DNA of 50,843 nucleotides, the filler included, from Bipalium vagum (lineage: Eukaryota): assembly GCA_037834085.1 (NCBI GenBank). It is 3 parts of 3 records of this genome, joined end to end, with 100 filler letters (N's around TTAATTAATTAA, not from the genome) between each part and the next. Parts side by side here need not be neighbours in the genome. Positions count along the whole stretch, not along the records: positions 35,135 to 50,843 come from JBBMKC010150261.1; 2 more parts are not named here. One strand, written 5' to 3'. Below the pieces are notes generated by a model. It saw nothing but the letters and a program-made list of their open reading frames with translations, did not search any database and was not told the DNA's origin. The position numbers were made by a program, and so were the translations under genes. Positions 39,444 to 50,843 of this stretch are shown here, one piece after another. How positions within the stretch are numbered: position 1 is the stretch's first letter; every line of letters begins with the position of its first letter.

Positions 39444-39971
39444 ATGGAGGATATTTCATACTATAAGACGTTGTTAGATGAAATAATAAAAGCTCTATCG
39501 ATAAACCCCGATAATGCCGAACTCATAGAACAGAAGGAGAACATAGAGGAACTTCTGCTGTTAGCCAAAGAGATCGAAGAGCCAATTTGGAAAATCGGTG
39601 ACGGTTGTCAGGCGCTGTGGGAAGAGGACAACAATTATTACAACGCCGTCATCATTGACACGTTCATTGACGGCACGTGCAAGGTTCAGTTTGATCGACA
39701 CAATAACAAAGCTATCTGTGATCTTAAATCTCTTAGACCGAAGATGGATGAGGAGAAGCTGGGCAACAAGATCCGCCAGCGAAAGCGCCAGAAGAACAAG
39801 GAGGCCTACATGGAGGGCCGCTCCAAGATCAAACAAGCCAAAATGGAGCTCTTGCACGAGGTCGACGCTATGTGCGAGGCCGAGCGCAGGAACTGGAAAA
39901 AGTTCAAGGCTAAGCTCAAGAAAAAAGAACGTAAACTGGCCCCCATGAAAAAGGAGATCAAACAAACTTAG
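39444..39971 (+). CDS. SMNDC1: Survival-motor-neuron-related splicing factor 30 (SPF30) Tudor protein, 175 aa
   Basis: N-terminal YK..L..I..AL...P.N.EL coiled coil; Tudor WKIGDGCQALWEEDNNYYNAVI; basic helix ending ...ERRNWKKF; AATAAA at 40100. Confidence 0.88.
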   Translation: MEDISYYKTLLDEIIKALSINPDNAELIEQKENIEELLLLAKEIEEPIWKIGDGCQALWEEDNNYYNAVIIDTFIDGTCKVQFDRHNNKAICDLKSLRPKMDEEKLGNKIRQRKRQKNKEAYMEGRSKIKQAKMELLHEVDAMCEAERRNWKKFKAKLKKKERKLAPMKKEIKQT

Positions 39972-40650
39972 ACGCAATTTTCCCGTGTATTTTATCAATA
40001 TATTTATACATAGCTTGTCTTTTCTTTGTTAATGTTACAATTTTTTTCGTTCCATTACAGGAAATGGTATTTTTAAGTTATAAAAATCGATTTTTAACCA
40101 ATAAATGTTGAAATGGTTTAAATTATTCAAATTATTTTTAATAGAATATCATTTAGAATATTTACCAAGATCTAAAGAAGTGCGGCTTTCTGATTTTATT
40201 GATTACATTTCGCAGTTATTTAAAATGGTTCCTAATTTAAATAGGAAAAATAATCGAGTTTTTAGTTAGCTAAAAATTGATTTAGCTTCGATTTTGATTT
40301 TTATTACATTTGGCTCTTTCTTTGAGCTCTCTTCAGTTTTACCTCTAAAATTTAAGTTAAAACTGAAAATCGATTATGCAAGTTTTGTATTATTTTTTAC
40401 TTTGGCATTTGTGTGGGTGTACATGTGTCCTTGAGCTTCGAGAACCTTGTTGGACCCCATTTAGAGTAATTCAAAGACTAAAGATTTCACTACAGAATAT
40501 AAATACTTATCAAGATTAGCGCTTTCTATTGACTAGATCGATACGCGATCGTTGAAGGTCTTGGTTCTTGTTTTGTAGTCTTGTTTTTTTCACAATGAAC
40601 GTTTCATTTTGTTTTAGAAAGATGAAATGAGCCTGAACAAGTGACCACTA

Positions 40651-42092
40651 CCGTGTTCCCCTAGACATTTCCTGCTTAAAAAAAACTTATTGATTTTGTG
40701 TGATAAGGCATGTCCTGATTACTGTGTTTTGAAATTCAGCTAATTTACTATTAAGAGGAATGACTGATTATTCGATTTATAATCCATAATAGAAATACAA
40801 AATGGCTCAAAAACGAAAGAGCTACTCGCAAGATTATAAAGAAAGCATAGTGGAAGAATCCAGAAATGCTTCAAACCGACGGGTTTTCTGCGAAACGAAA
40901 TTAATACTTATGTGTATGGTTCAAAAAGGGCGAGAGGAACATTTTGATATCTGTCAACAGACAAATGAGGGCAATGGGAAAAGTGCAAGTTCGGATGCTG
41001 ACGAAAGCCATTTTTTTCAGAGCTCGAAGATACGATTTTTGATTGGGTTGCTGAGAGAGGAGCAGCATCTTTGGTTATTCGAAGAAATGATATTCAAAAC
41101 TATGTACTACGAGTGGCCTCACAATTTTATTTATGCCTTGGATGATTTTAAGGCATCCAAGCATTTGTTAGATAATTTTCTAAAACGTTATCAGTTAACT
41201 CTGCGAAGACCGATAACGCTATCTAAACTTGAAGATCTTGAATTGATTAAGCGTGCGCAATTGTATTTAAGACGTTTGTTGATGATATCGATTTTTCAAA
41301 ATATAAACTTTCCAATATGATTGCTGTGGACGAGGCTGCTGTTTATGTGGGCCAAAAAAATGAAACTACAATCGAGTAACACTTCAGTTTACGTTCCCTC
41401 TACAAGTCACGAAAGTGAAGGCGTTACTTGCATTTTAGAGATTCGTTTGAATGGAACAAAGGTCTCACCAATTATCATCACTAGGGGTTGATTGAATGTT
41501 ACCAACTCTTCTGAAAGACAAGAAAAAGGCACGTTAGCCTGGGATTCCTGTAGCAATCATCGCGCATAAAATACAAAGAAAATTTTTTCAGAGAGATGAA
41601 TCGATCAAATAATGATTCCTGGAGGAATGACTGTCTACCTTCAAACTATTGATCTTACAATACATAAAACCTTTAAAGACCGCCTTCCAAGCGAAATAAA
41701 TAAATACATCGAAAACGGAACGTGGAAACTTCGAGAAGCCAGGTCCAAAAAGAAGTCATCAGATTGGCGAAAAATTCGTTGGAACAGTGTCAGTGAGAGT
41801 TGCGTTCGCAGTGCACTGCGAGCACGGTACTTGGATAAAACATTCGCATTTGAGTATACTTTTATAAGACTTGTACCACAGGTTGTGAAGGAATTGGTAT
41901 TGCAAGACTTCACAAATGCACTTGAGGCTATTGGCGCTTACGATTGTACTCCTGAGGAAGATGAATTGATTCTTTTTGGAAAAACATTTTTGAATGCTTT
42001 TTTACTTTTATTTATTTTTTTTTATTTATTATTTTTATACGGCATTGAACAACGTTTAGGTGAAGACATGTCCTATAATAGCGGAAACACGG
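40651..42092 (+). mobile_element. pogo-family DNA transposon; both ends present, transposase disrupted
   Basis: Imperfect TIRs TA|CCGTGTTCCC and GGAAACACGG|TA; KRKSYS HTH, FKASKHLLDNFLKRY CENP-B-like HTH, IAVDE, WDSCSNH, IPGGMT.YLQTID. Confidence 0.92.
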
Positions 42093-42380
42093 TAATAAGA
42101 CTGAACAAATACAAGGAGTCATGTAGATAAGAAAGAAAACCTTTCGCCATAAAAAAACACAAGCCAAGGAGGCGTAAGCAGAATAAAACAGAATTTGGCC
42201 AAATATTTGCTGCATGCTGACAATGATTCCCACGAGGAAGTAATTTAAAAATGCAATTCGATTTTTTATCAATTGATCAATTTAAACAATATTCGATCAA
42301 TATATTGGGTTAGCCATGGGTACATCCTTTTTAAACCTCTTGGAAATTATTATTTGAAGACCGCAAAATGGTGAGAATTT

Positions 42381-42382
<2 letters not shown>

Positions 42383-42424
<42 letters not shown>
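42383..42424. repeat. (AAT)n microsatellite
   Basis: Direct inspection. Confidence 0.95.
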
Positions 42425-42426
<2 letters not shown>

Positions 42427-42893
42427 CAGGATTCTCTGCTCTGAACTATCCTTTCATTTATCATTGTATTGTCCCTGTTAAATTTACGTTTATTCTTGTA
42501 GACCCCTTTTATTCTAATCTTAATCAATAATCATCTTTCCTTATTTTCAATAATGCCTTTGTCATTATCAATTCTCTGCCATTTCTCTTTTCTCTTCAAC
42601 AGGTCTTCTTCTGATGTTGATCTCAGCCTTGTGATAAAGAGGTATTTAAAAGAATTGAAACAGAACCAGAGTAAAAGAGACAAAATTTCAAGAAAATCTT
42701 TATAAAAATCGTTTTTCTCGAAATCTTCGACTTTGTAACTTTGGCCTACGATGAAAAAGAGCTTTCAGATCTAGTTTTATAGATTACGAAGACCCATTAT
42801 CAAGACCACTCCCCTCGTTTATCTCATTATCAAAAAGAACAATGCATTAATCAATATATTTTCACTCTAAAGTTTGAAACATTTTATCATTGA

Positions 42894-43169
42894 TTATCTT
42901 GACTTTGACGTTGAGTTTGTTTCATCATCGGTTCCATCATCTTCCTCATTTGGCAAATATTGGTCCTCTTCAGCCTCTGTCTTTGGAACCTGGGTTGATT
43001 TCAGTTTCATATCATCCAAGGTCTCATTTCCGTTCGACTTGACATTGGTAGCACTCTGGGCGGTCGACGGCTTCTCGTGAGAATGATGATCACCAAATAC
43101 TCCAAACCTTGAGCAGGTCCACAGAGACCCGATCAGTATCACGAAAGCAGAAATGGTTATCTTGTCCAT
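42894..43169 (-). CDS. Hypothetical small secreted acidic protein, 91 aa
   Basis: ATG-initiated ORF, GC-elevated relative to its flanks; hydrophobic N-terminal signal-like segment; His cluster, acidic tail, two N-x-T sequons. Confidence 0.6.
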   Translation of the reverse strand: MDKITISAFVILIGSLWTCSRFGVFGDHHSHEKPSTAQSATNVKSNGNETLDDMKLKSTQVPKTEAEEDQYLPNEEDDGTDDETNSTSKSR

Positions 43170-43759
43170 ATTACAATTTCAAACAGAAATATTGATTAAA
43201 ACCTGCTGTGGATGTTTTATTAAAATTATGGAACAATAAATAAAATTTTCCTTCTTGTAACTAAAGCAGAATTGCTTTTCATAGTAACCTCGGTAGCTAT
43301 CACCAAAGGAATAGATGCGCCTGCATTATAATGATATTATCACCGTGCCCTGTATTTCCACATTTTCCATGGCCTCAGCTCTCAGTCGCTGTATAAAAAA
43401 TGTCGCGTTGAAACATGATTTGTTTCCCTCTGCAATCATGGTTAGCAGTCCTCGAAATGATTAAATAACAGGTACTGAGGGAAATAACAAGAAAAAAACC
43501 TAATAATAATAAAAAAATAATAATAGTTAAAATAATATTATTATAAATACTTATTATAATAAATTATTATAAATGTAGTAATAATAATAATAATAATAAA
43601 AATAATAATAACCGTAAATAATCTTAGTTTCTTATCCAATATTTCTTACTTACCATCACATTCGTTACTCATTTCCAATCAAAAGGCACCAGTAAAAAAA
43701 TTAAAACTGAACAAATAAAATTATGAAATATATTTGATCGAATTGCATGAAATAAATTT

Positions 43760-44290
43760 ATTGGAAAACCGTAAAAATGTCAATAGCGATTGATGACTTC
43801 GTGTCTTATAAAATAATCTTGGATTCTTCTTGGTATAAAATTGATTAGAAGATTTATTTTTCATGGAAGAATGTCTTTCCACATTTGTTAAGCTGATTTT
43901 TTAATTCATCCAATCCTTCAGTACCAAGAGAAGAGCGTAGTTGATGTCCCACGATATCTCACATATGTTCAATGAGAAATAAATCTGGTGGATATGTTGG
44001 CCCTATTATTGTTTTCACTTCCTGCAAAACCCTTGTTGTTATACTGGCGGTATGTGGTCTCATTTCTGTCTTCTTGAAATAATGCCTGTAAGTGTTGTCA
44101 TCGACGGAAGTAAAACGGTTTCAGAATTTTATTGGTATGCCAAAGACCAATCAAATTGCCTCTGATAAATTCAAGAGGTTACAGGAATCCAAAGCGTACA
44201 ACCCTTTACACCATAATTCCAGGTGTAACTCCTTTGTGACTTGGTAACATCAAGTCCTCATTTCGTCCTTCCCATTCGAATTATAAAATT
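43760..44290 (-). mobile_element. Degraded Tc1-like (DD34E) transposase relic
   Basis: TPGIMV* ~ PGVMVWG; GPTYPPDLFLIEHM*DIVGHQL ~ WPA.SPDLSPIEHVWD. Confidence 0.75.
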
Positions 44291-47200
44291 AAAAAAATAA
44301 TGGCAGCACCTTGTCCAAATTTTTAGAGACCACACAAAATATAACATGAATAATCAAATAAAAAGAGAAAGAAAATAAGAGAACTCTGCCAGCAATTTTT
44401 AATAACAATATGAAAAATCGTGCGGAATTATAAATTAAAACTAAGAATCAGGACTGAACCCTGATAAAAAAATTCAGTCATCATTGAAAATAAAATCGAA
44501 GATAATTGAAATAGAAACGGAAACGGTACTCTGTTCAGTTTTTTAACAAAAATAAAAAATAGAGATACCTGTATTTATTATTCTTACTGTTTCGTAAAGA
44601 ATGGACACGTCTTTGAATAGGGATTAGGAATTGATAAATCACTGGTTGACTGTTAAAATATACCAATCCACAAAAGTACTACAACATTATAAAACGAGAT
44701 TTCAACAAAACAATTCTAATAGTCATCATATAAACTCTCATTATTCGACAATTAATAACCAGTATGACCTCCTCCATTGTCAACACAATCCTGCAGTCTT
44801 CTGAAAATGAAAAACATTTTTTTTGAAAATTCTCTTGTGGTATGAGTTTTCGTTGGTTATTTGCTCTTTTTTAGTTGCCATGTGATTATAATTTTGACTG
44901 ATACAACGACCAAGATCATCCAAAACATATTCGATAGATGAAATATCAGGAGATCATGTTGTCCATGGAAGAACTGGTACATTTCTGACACACAAAATGT
45001 CAGACATCATTTTTGCAATGTGCACCTTGTATTATCTTGCTGATGCTCAAGATTTTACAGTACCTGGAATTATGTGAATTTTAGTGTTTGAAATGGCTTT
45101 GTAATTATCTCCGAAAGTAAAAATGATCTAAAAAAGTATTGAAGGGTATTCAAAAGAATATTGAATTCACAGAATATTTTAAAGGGAATATGACAAGAGA
45201 AACAAATGCGGTATTAACGTTGATCTGTCAAAAGTTGATTAAACCAGATTGTTCATTAATTCAACAATATGGCTGTTGCACTTAAATCGAAGACCAGAAA
45301 TGCTGGGTTGTCGTCATATTGACAAGACTTCGTATTCAATTACTAATTCTGAGGGTGATGATGATCCAGTTCTACGTAATTCAGAATAAACTATTATCAA
45401 ATCAAGGTACATCACTTTTATAATAAACGAGTTTGCAACAATCCTGTGGAGTACTCATGTGATGGCAAAGGAAGTACCAAAACGTGGATCTGAATTTGCA
45501 GAATATACTCAAGAAAAGTGCCTGAAAATGAATTTTTGTCTTTTTTATTTAATGAATTATGTTTTAGGACCTCTTTTTTTGATTTTTTACTTAAACCAAA
45601 GACTAAAAAAGGTTTTGAAAGTACCTTTCTATCTCTATTGGATGCATAAATCGCTGTATTTTTTGAGTGAGAAATGTATATTCCTGTTCGTGTTATTTTA
45701 TTCCAATTATTTTTTTGTTTTAATTGCGGATGTGTGTGAGTCTTCGTACGTGTATGTATGTGGCAGTTTTGTGGACACTATATGATGCCTGGGTACAAGG
45801 GAAATGAATCTTTACAGTTATCATCAGAAGAATCATAATTTATTTTATATAAACTAATTTTTGAAAGAGATCTGATTTTTATATTCCGTGGAGTAATCTC
45901 CTCCACCTTTATCTCTGTGTCTAGATTATTTTTTATCATTTTTTGTCAGTTTTAAAAAACATTTGCAAGGTTCGGTCTCATAATTTAAATTATCTTCTGC
46001 TGAATTACACTTTCCGATTGTTCCGATAAATGTTTTGCGAAATGTCTGCCAGTATTTCTGTGTATTCTTCTAACTGTTTCATCACTGACTTTTTACAAAA
46101 AGAATTGGTACAGAGTAGATTTTTTTAATATTTTCTTTCTTCTGCTTCATCATTTGGTCACGATTCCATTTGGGTATCATCATCCTTCTACAACTCTACT
46201 TAGCCATTTAACAATCAAAACAAGTAATTATGGAACCTGCACATAGGTAAAAAATTAAAAGTCAAAACTTCATGTATTTCAGGAGAAGTCGTAATTAAAA
46301 ATTAGAATGTAATATATAATAAAAATAATGTAAATAGAAATATAATTAATAAATAAATATAGGTAGACCTTTTATTTTATATTCGGTAGCTCATCGTTGC
46401 AGTACAGTTTTATTTCCTAAATCGGTTCAACGTAATTTAAATTGGTTTTATAGTCTTCACAGAACGCAGAATTCACTCTTTTAAGATCTTCAGGTAAGCA
46501 TCAACAAAAAGATTTTCCTCCCTCAAAAGAACCATTCTGGTCATCTAAGTCAACTAAAACATACTTTGACTAGTTTTTAATCAAATTTGATTTTTCCTCA
46601 TTTTGCAAAAGTTTGATCCAAAATTTTTTTCTATAGAAACTTCTTTGAAATTCATTTTTAAAATAATTAAAATACAAGTAGGAATTTAAATAATACACCA
46701 ATTCTATAAATATTATTATTATACATATAATTACTTAAATAAGAAAGTTGATGAATGGTTATTTAGTGTAATCCTAACAGAATCTATAAAAACCAATCAA
46801 TTTAAGTAATTAATTTTTTTATTTGTTTCTTGCGTTTGTAGTTCCACCTAATTAGTTTTTTGAAACTCAGTTCATATCAGAAGGACTCTTCAATCATGAA
46901 ACGAGAGATTATTCTTTTCGGTTATTTAAAGTTATTCAATTTGTAATTTGTGGGAATTCAAATATATTTTTGTCACAACAAAACTTATTTATTTATTGTA
47001 TTGATTTTTATTTATGAATCATATTTAAATCTTTTGTAGTCAGACCCACCAATCGACGAGTATAAATAAGCAAAAAGTAAAGTAACCGTTAATAATAAAT
47101 TAATCGCTATTGTTTGCGTACAAGCTAAAGTTGATCGTTTGACAGAACAAGCGTTATCGAGTAAAATACGATTTGAGTCTCAAGCAAACTACGAAAACAA

Positions 47201-47513
47201 TCCTGTGAAAACAGAAAATATAGGATCATTTTGATTATAATTAGATAAAGACTTTTTCTTATATATTAATTAATTTTTAAATAATGAATTGATTAAAATG
47301 TCAATCTCATTATATAAGTTTACTTAGAAGCTTTCCTTCTTTCAAATTATATTAAGAAGTAATATTATTCTTTTATTTAAACTTATTAATTATTTATGCT
47401 GAAAACCAATTTAAAAAATTATAGCAAAATAATATAATAATCTTTTCTTATAAATTATTATTAACAAGTTTGTTTAAATAATACTTTTAATTTTTCGCCA
47501 AGTTCAAACCAGA

Positions 47514-49654
47514 ATGGGTGTCAAAGGTTTGATGACTTACGTACTGAGCGACAACTCATCTCTAAAGCCCTACAAATTACGAAAAACAAAAGTAATCATT
47601 GACGGTAACAATTTATTATATTCCATTCATGATTGTCACAATGTAATGTGGCAGTTCGGTGGTGAATATGATAAATTCGATCGAGCCGTCGTTAAGTTTT
47701 TCGAGCGCTTCAAACTTTGCGAAATCGAACCAATTGTCATTTTCGACGGTTGTTATGACATCGATGTAACCGAGTTTTTGATAGATTGTAATTACTGTAA
47801 CGTTTCGAGTAGGGCAGCAAATTCAAGACAATAATGTCACGGTTCCAAGACCGGATCAAGACCTGCGCCAATCTCAATCGAAAATTAGCAACCGGCGGAT
47901 ATCTGTTGCCAATGTTATCTTTGCAGACCATGATCGCTGTGCTCAAGCGCCTGAACATCCAGTACTTGACCTGTCCGCTAGAGGCGGACAAGGAGGCGGC
48001 GGCGCTCGCCAATCATTTTGGATGCCCGGTCATCTCAAACGATAGTGACTTCTTCGTCTTCCCGCTCACCTGTGGCTTCCTTCCTGTGTCAAATGTCGAT
48101 TTCCTGCCAGTCTTGGAGGACTGTCAGTGCTGTGCGCCTCGGACGTCGCACTATTTCATGGCATGCTCCATTTTCCGCCAATCGGATATGCGACTGCGGT
48201 CCCCGGTCACTCAGCACGCATCCTGTGGTCCTTCTGCCTCCTCGGACTGCAGTGCCATTCAAGTGGTCAATGCCCAATTCATGCCGCTGCTGGCGACGTT
48301 GATCGGAAATGATTTGATCGACTTTCATTTTTACCAATTAATTTTTCCATGCGTCAACACAAAAATCAATAAAAATAAAAAAAATCCATCTTTCAAAAGC
48401 TCAAAAAAGATTGGTGCCGTTCTAAATTGGTTGCACCAGTTTGACTCCATCGACGCGGCCTTGGACGCAGTATTTTCGTTGCTGTCATGGAAACGGGATC
48501 GATTACGATTGGAATCAATTGTTAAACTATCCATTTCACAATATGACTTAACCTTGGCAACGCTTCCATCAACCAAAATGGATGATAAAGGTTACCATGA
48601 CGTTGTTGACGGTGGTGATGGTAGTAACCTTGGCAATCTGATACGATTGCCGGAACGATTGAGGCGACTATTGAGCCAATCGATTTTACATTCGTCTTTG
48701 ATTGATAGCGTTTTATCGGGTAACGTCATTTTATCGACCTGCGTTGAATCGATCGGCGATCGATCGATACATTGGATTTCAAGTAGGATCCGCGATCGAA
48801 TTTATCGAATCTTAACAAGTTTTATTCGCAATAATAATAATAATATTGATAATATTGAAAAAATCGATAATGATAATGAGAAAATTAATAATGAAGATAG
48901 AAGCGACAGTGATAAAATCAATAATGATAACAATAATGATAATCGATATTCAACACCGAGGACGATTTGGGAATATATGAGGAAAGAAAGAAACGTTTTC
49001 AAACGAAAAATAGATACTAATCAATTGTTGTCCGGTAATTACGATGATATCACGAATGAACCATTCCCCCGAACAGTAACAGATAACGGAGAATCGTTCG
49101 TGAAAACTATGTTGCTGTATTGGGTCAAATTCTCCGATAAAACAATCTTGAATTGTCGACAAACGTTGGCAGTGATCGCTGCTGTTTTTACTCAACTTTC
49201 TTGGCAACGAGAATCATTTCGACCTGGTTCTCGATTCAAAAAAGAGCGTCACGAGCATCGTCACAATCGATTTTTTGCCGAACCTACCATCAACAATGCG
49301 CACCATTTCCAAATCCATTTCATTCATTCTTACAATGAGTTGCAATCTGTGTTTTTCTGTCTCGTTCAGTTCTATGCTGTTACGGGAGTGTTTGGCGACG
49401 GTTGTGATGGACTTGTTCCTCCGTGTCCTCAGACGCTATTCTGTGGGAGATTGTGTTATAATTTTTGTCAGGATTTCAGTAGACGGAAGAACGTTTGGCG
49501 GTATGCTCGACAGTTGTTTGATTGGTTTCCTTGTGATTCGGTGCAGTCAGCGTTTTTGGACGTTGTGAGAGATGTCAGAAAAGTTTGGCTGGAATTTGAT
49601 TCATTTATCAGTAAAGAGGAACAGGGAGTCGTCGCTGAAAAAGTTATGGATTAA
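47514..49654 (+). CDS. ASTE1: Asteroid homolog (XPG/FEN1-like PIN nuclease). join(47514-47765,47813-49654), ~697 aa
   Basis: MGVKGLMTYV, VIIDGNNLLY, FGGEYDKF, VIFDG, EADKEAAALA..GCPVISNDSDFFVF, LLATLIGND; a 47-nt GT..AG phase-0 intron joins the two ORFs. Confidence 0.93.
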
Positions 49655-49774
49655 AATGATTAATAGAGTATTTCCGGTTAGAATTTTTGTTGAGTTATGT
49701 TATGTTTGCGTAATTGTCGACCAATGAGGTCCCCGGGAGGTAGTCAGTATAAATCTCTACTTTTATTTAAGTGA

Positions 49775-49820
49775 TTTGAGAACTTCTTAATTTGAGAACT
49801 TTTTAATTGAGAACTTCAAA
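49775..49820. repeat. Three copies of a ~16-bp tandem repeat, TTTGAGAACTT(C/T)TTAA
   Basis: Direct inspection; lies downstream of the asteroid stop codon. Confidence 0.85.
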
Positions 49821-50666
49821 TAGGCTTTTTTAATATTTTCCAAAACTTCGATTGTGATTATTGTTTGATCATTTTCCTTTTAAGTGTTACATTTTTACAT
49901 CATTTTTGCATGTTAGGTTGAAACATTTCTATTTCGTTGATGTATAAGAAAATAATGAATTAGTTTTCATTTTTAAGATTATTTTAGTAATGGTTATCGA
50001 ACTATTTTAAGAATAAAACTTGAGTGGTGCACTATTTTTTCTTAATATTTGTAGAACTTCTGTGATACAAAGTTATACGTGATATTCCCAGGTAGTAGAT
50101 TGACATTCCGTTTTATCAGAACATGATTTTTTTCCTAAGAAATGAAGGAAAAAGAAAAAATTCCATATGAAAATGATAAAAATGAATTTGTAGTTGAGTA
50201 TCAAAATTATGCAACAATGTAATTTTAGTAGTTGAAATATCTTATTCTAGATCCTGAGAAATAAAAGAAATATTTAAAAGTAATGCATAGTCACGACCCA
50301 GATGAATGAATGCGGTTGAGCCAGTGACTTTAACCTGAATGGGGCATCGGTATCGTGAAGCTCACTTCAAAGGAGATCATTGCACTTGATAGCTCTCTTC
50401 CGCAACCATCTACATAGATTCAGAGTGTACGGGAAATCTGTGAAGATTGTCCACACTTCTGGTGGTGTATATGTTGACTCACGTTTAGAATTAACATTAC
50501 CGCTTTCAGTTATAATGTCATATATAATCAATGTCTGCTTTTATACCAGCAATTTTTTGATATGCTAACCATCACTTCACCAGATTCTCGTAAAACCATG
50601 ATTTTCATGGGACTTAGTATTCAAAAACAAAATTTTAAATACAGAAGAGTCTGACGTGCTTTAATT

Positions 50667-50818
50667 NNNNNNNNNNNNNNNNNNNNNNNNNNNNNNNNNN
50701 NNNNNNNNNNNNNNNNNNNNNNNNNNNNNNNNNNNNNNNNNNNNNNNNNNNNNNNNNNNNNNNNNNNNNNNNNNNNNNNNNNNNNNNNNNNNNNNNNNNN
50801 NNNNNNNNNNNNNNNNNN
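50667..50818. other. Sized assembly gap (152 N)
   Basis: Run of N. Confidence 0.99.
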
Positions 50819-50843
50819 AATTATTATTATTAGTATTAGAGGA

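Noticed and set aside
39561-39998. Antisense 145-aa ORF and alternative-frame ORF 39598-39948
   Set aside because: Expected by-products of high GC3 in the SPF30 ORF
49775-49820. CRISPR-like or heat-shock-element array
   Set aside because: No spacers, eukaryotic context, and the GAA-TTC spacing does not fit nGAAnnTTCn

Overview
AT-rich, intron-containing eukaryotic (most likely animal) DNA from a draft assembly. I cannot assign the species. Two artificial 100-bp spacers (N44-TTAATTAATTAA-N44 at 17193-17292 and 35035-35134) split the window into three blocks that may not be neighbours. Block 1 (1-17192) holds a minus-strand multi-exon Ack-like/PR2-type gene (kinase-SH3-CRIB-low-complexity tail). 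Its kinase domain looks catalytically dead: DFG is DAG, there is no activation-loop Tyr, and manually reconstructed upstream exons lack the G-loop, alphaC-Glu and HRD. Block 2 (17293-35034) holds the 3' six exons of a divergent G6PD, followed by stacked transposon relics (Merlin, Ty3/gypsy, pogo, R2/NeSL-type non-LTR, Polinton/Maverick polB). Block 3 (35135-50843) holds mariner, maT (DD37D), pogo and Tc1 elements, an apparently intronless SPF30/SMNDC1 gene, a small orphan secreted-protein candidate and a two-exon asteroid (ASTE1) PIN nuclease gene. (AAT/TTA)n microsatellites are abundant and flank most gaps. All exon models and alignments were made by hand and compared with reference sequences recalled from memory; no searches were run. 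No rRNA, tRNA or CRISPR array was recognised.
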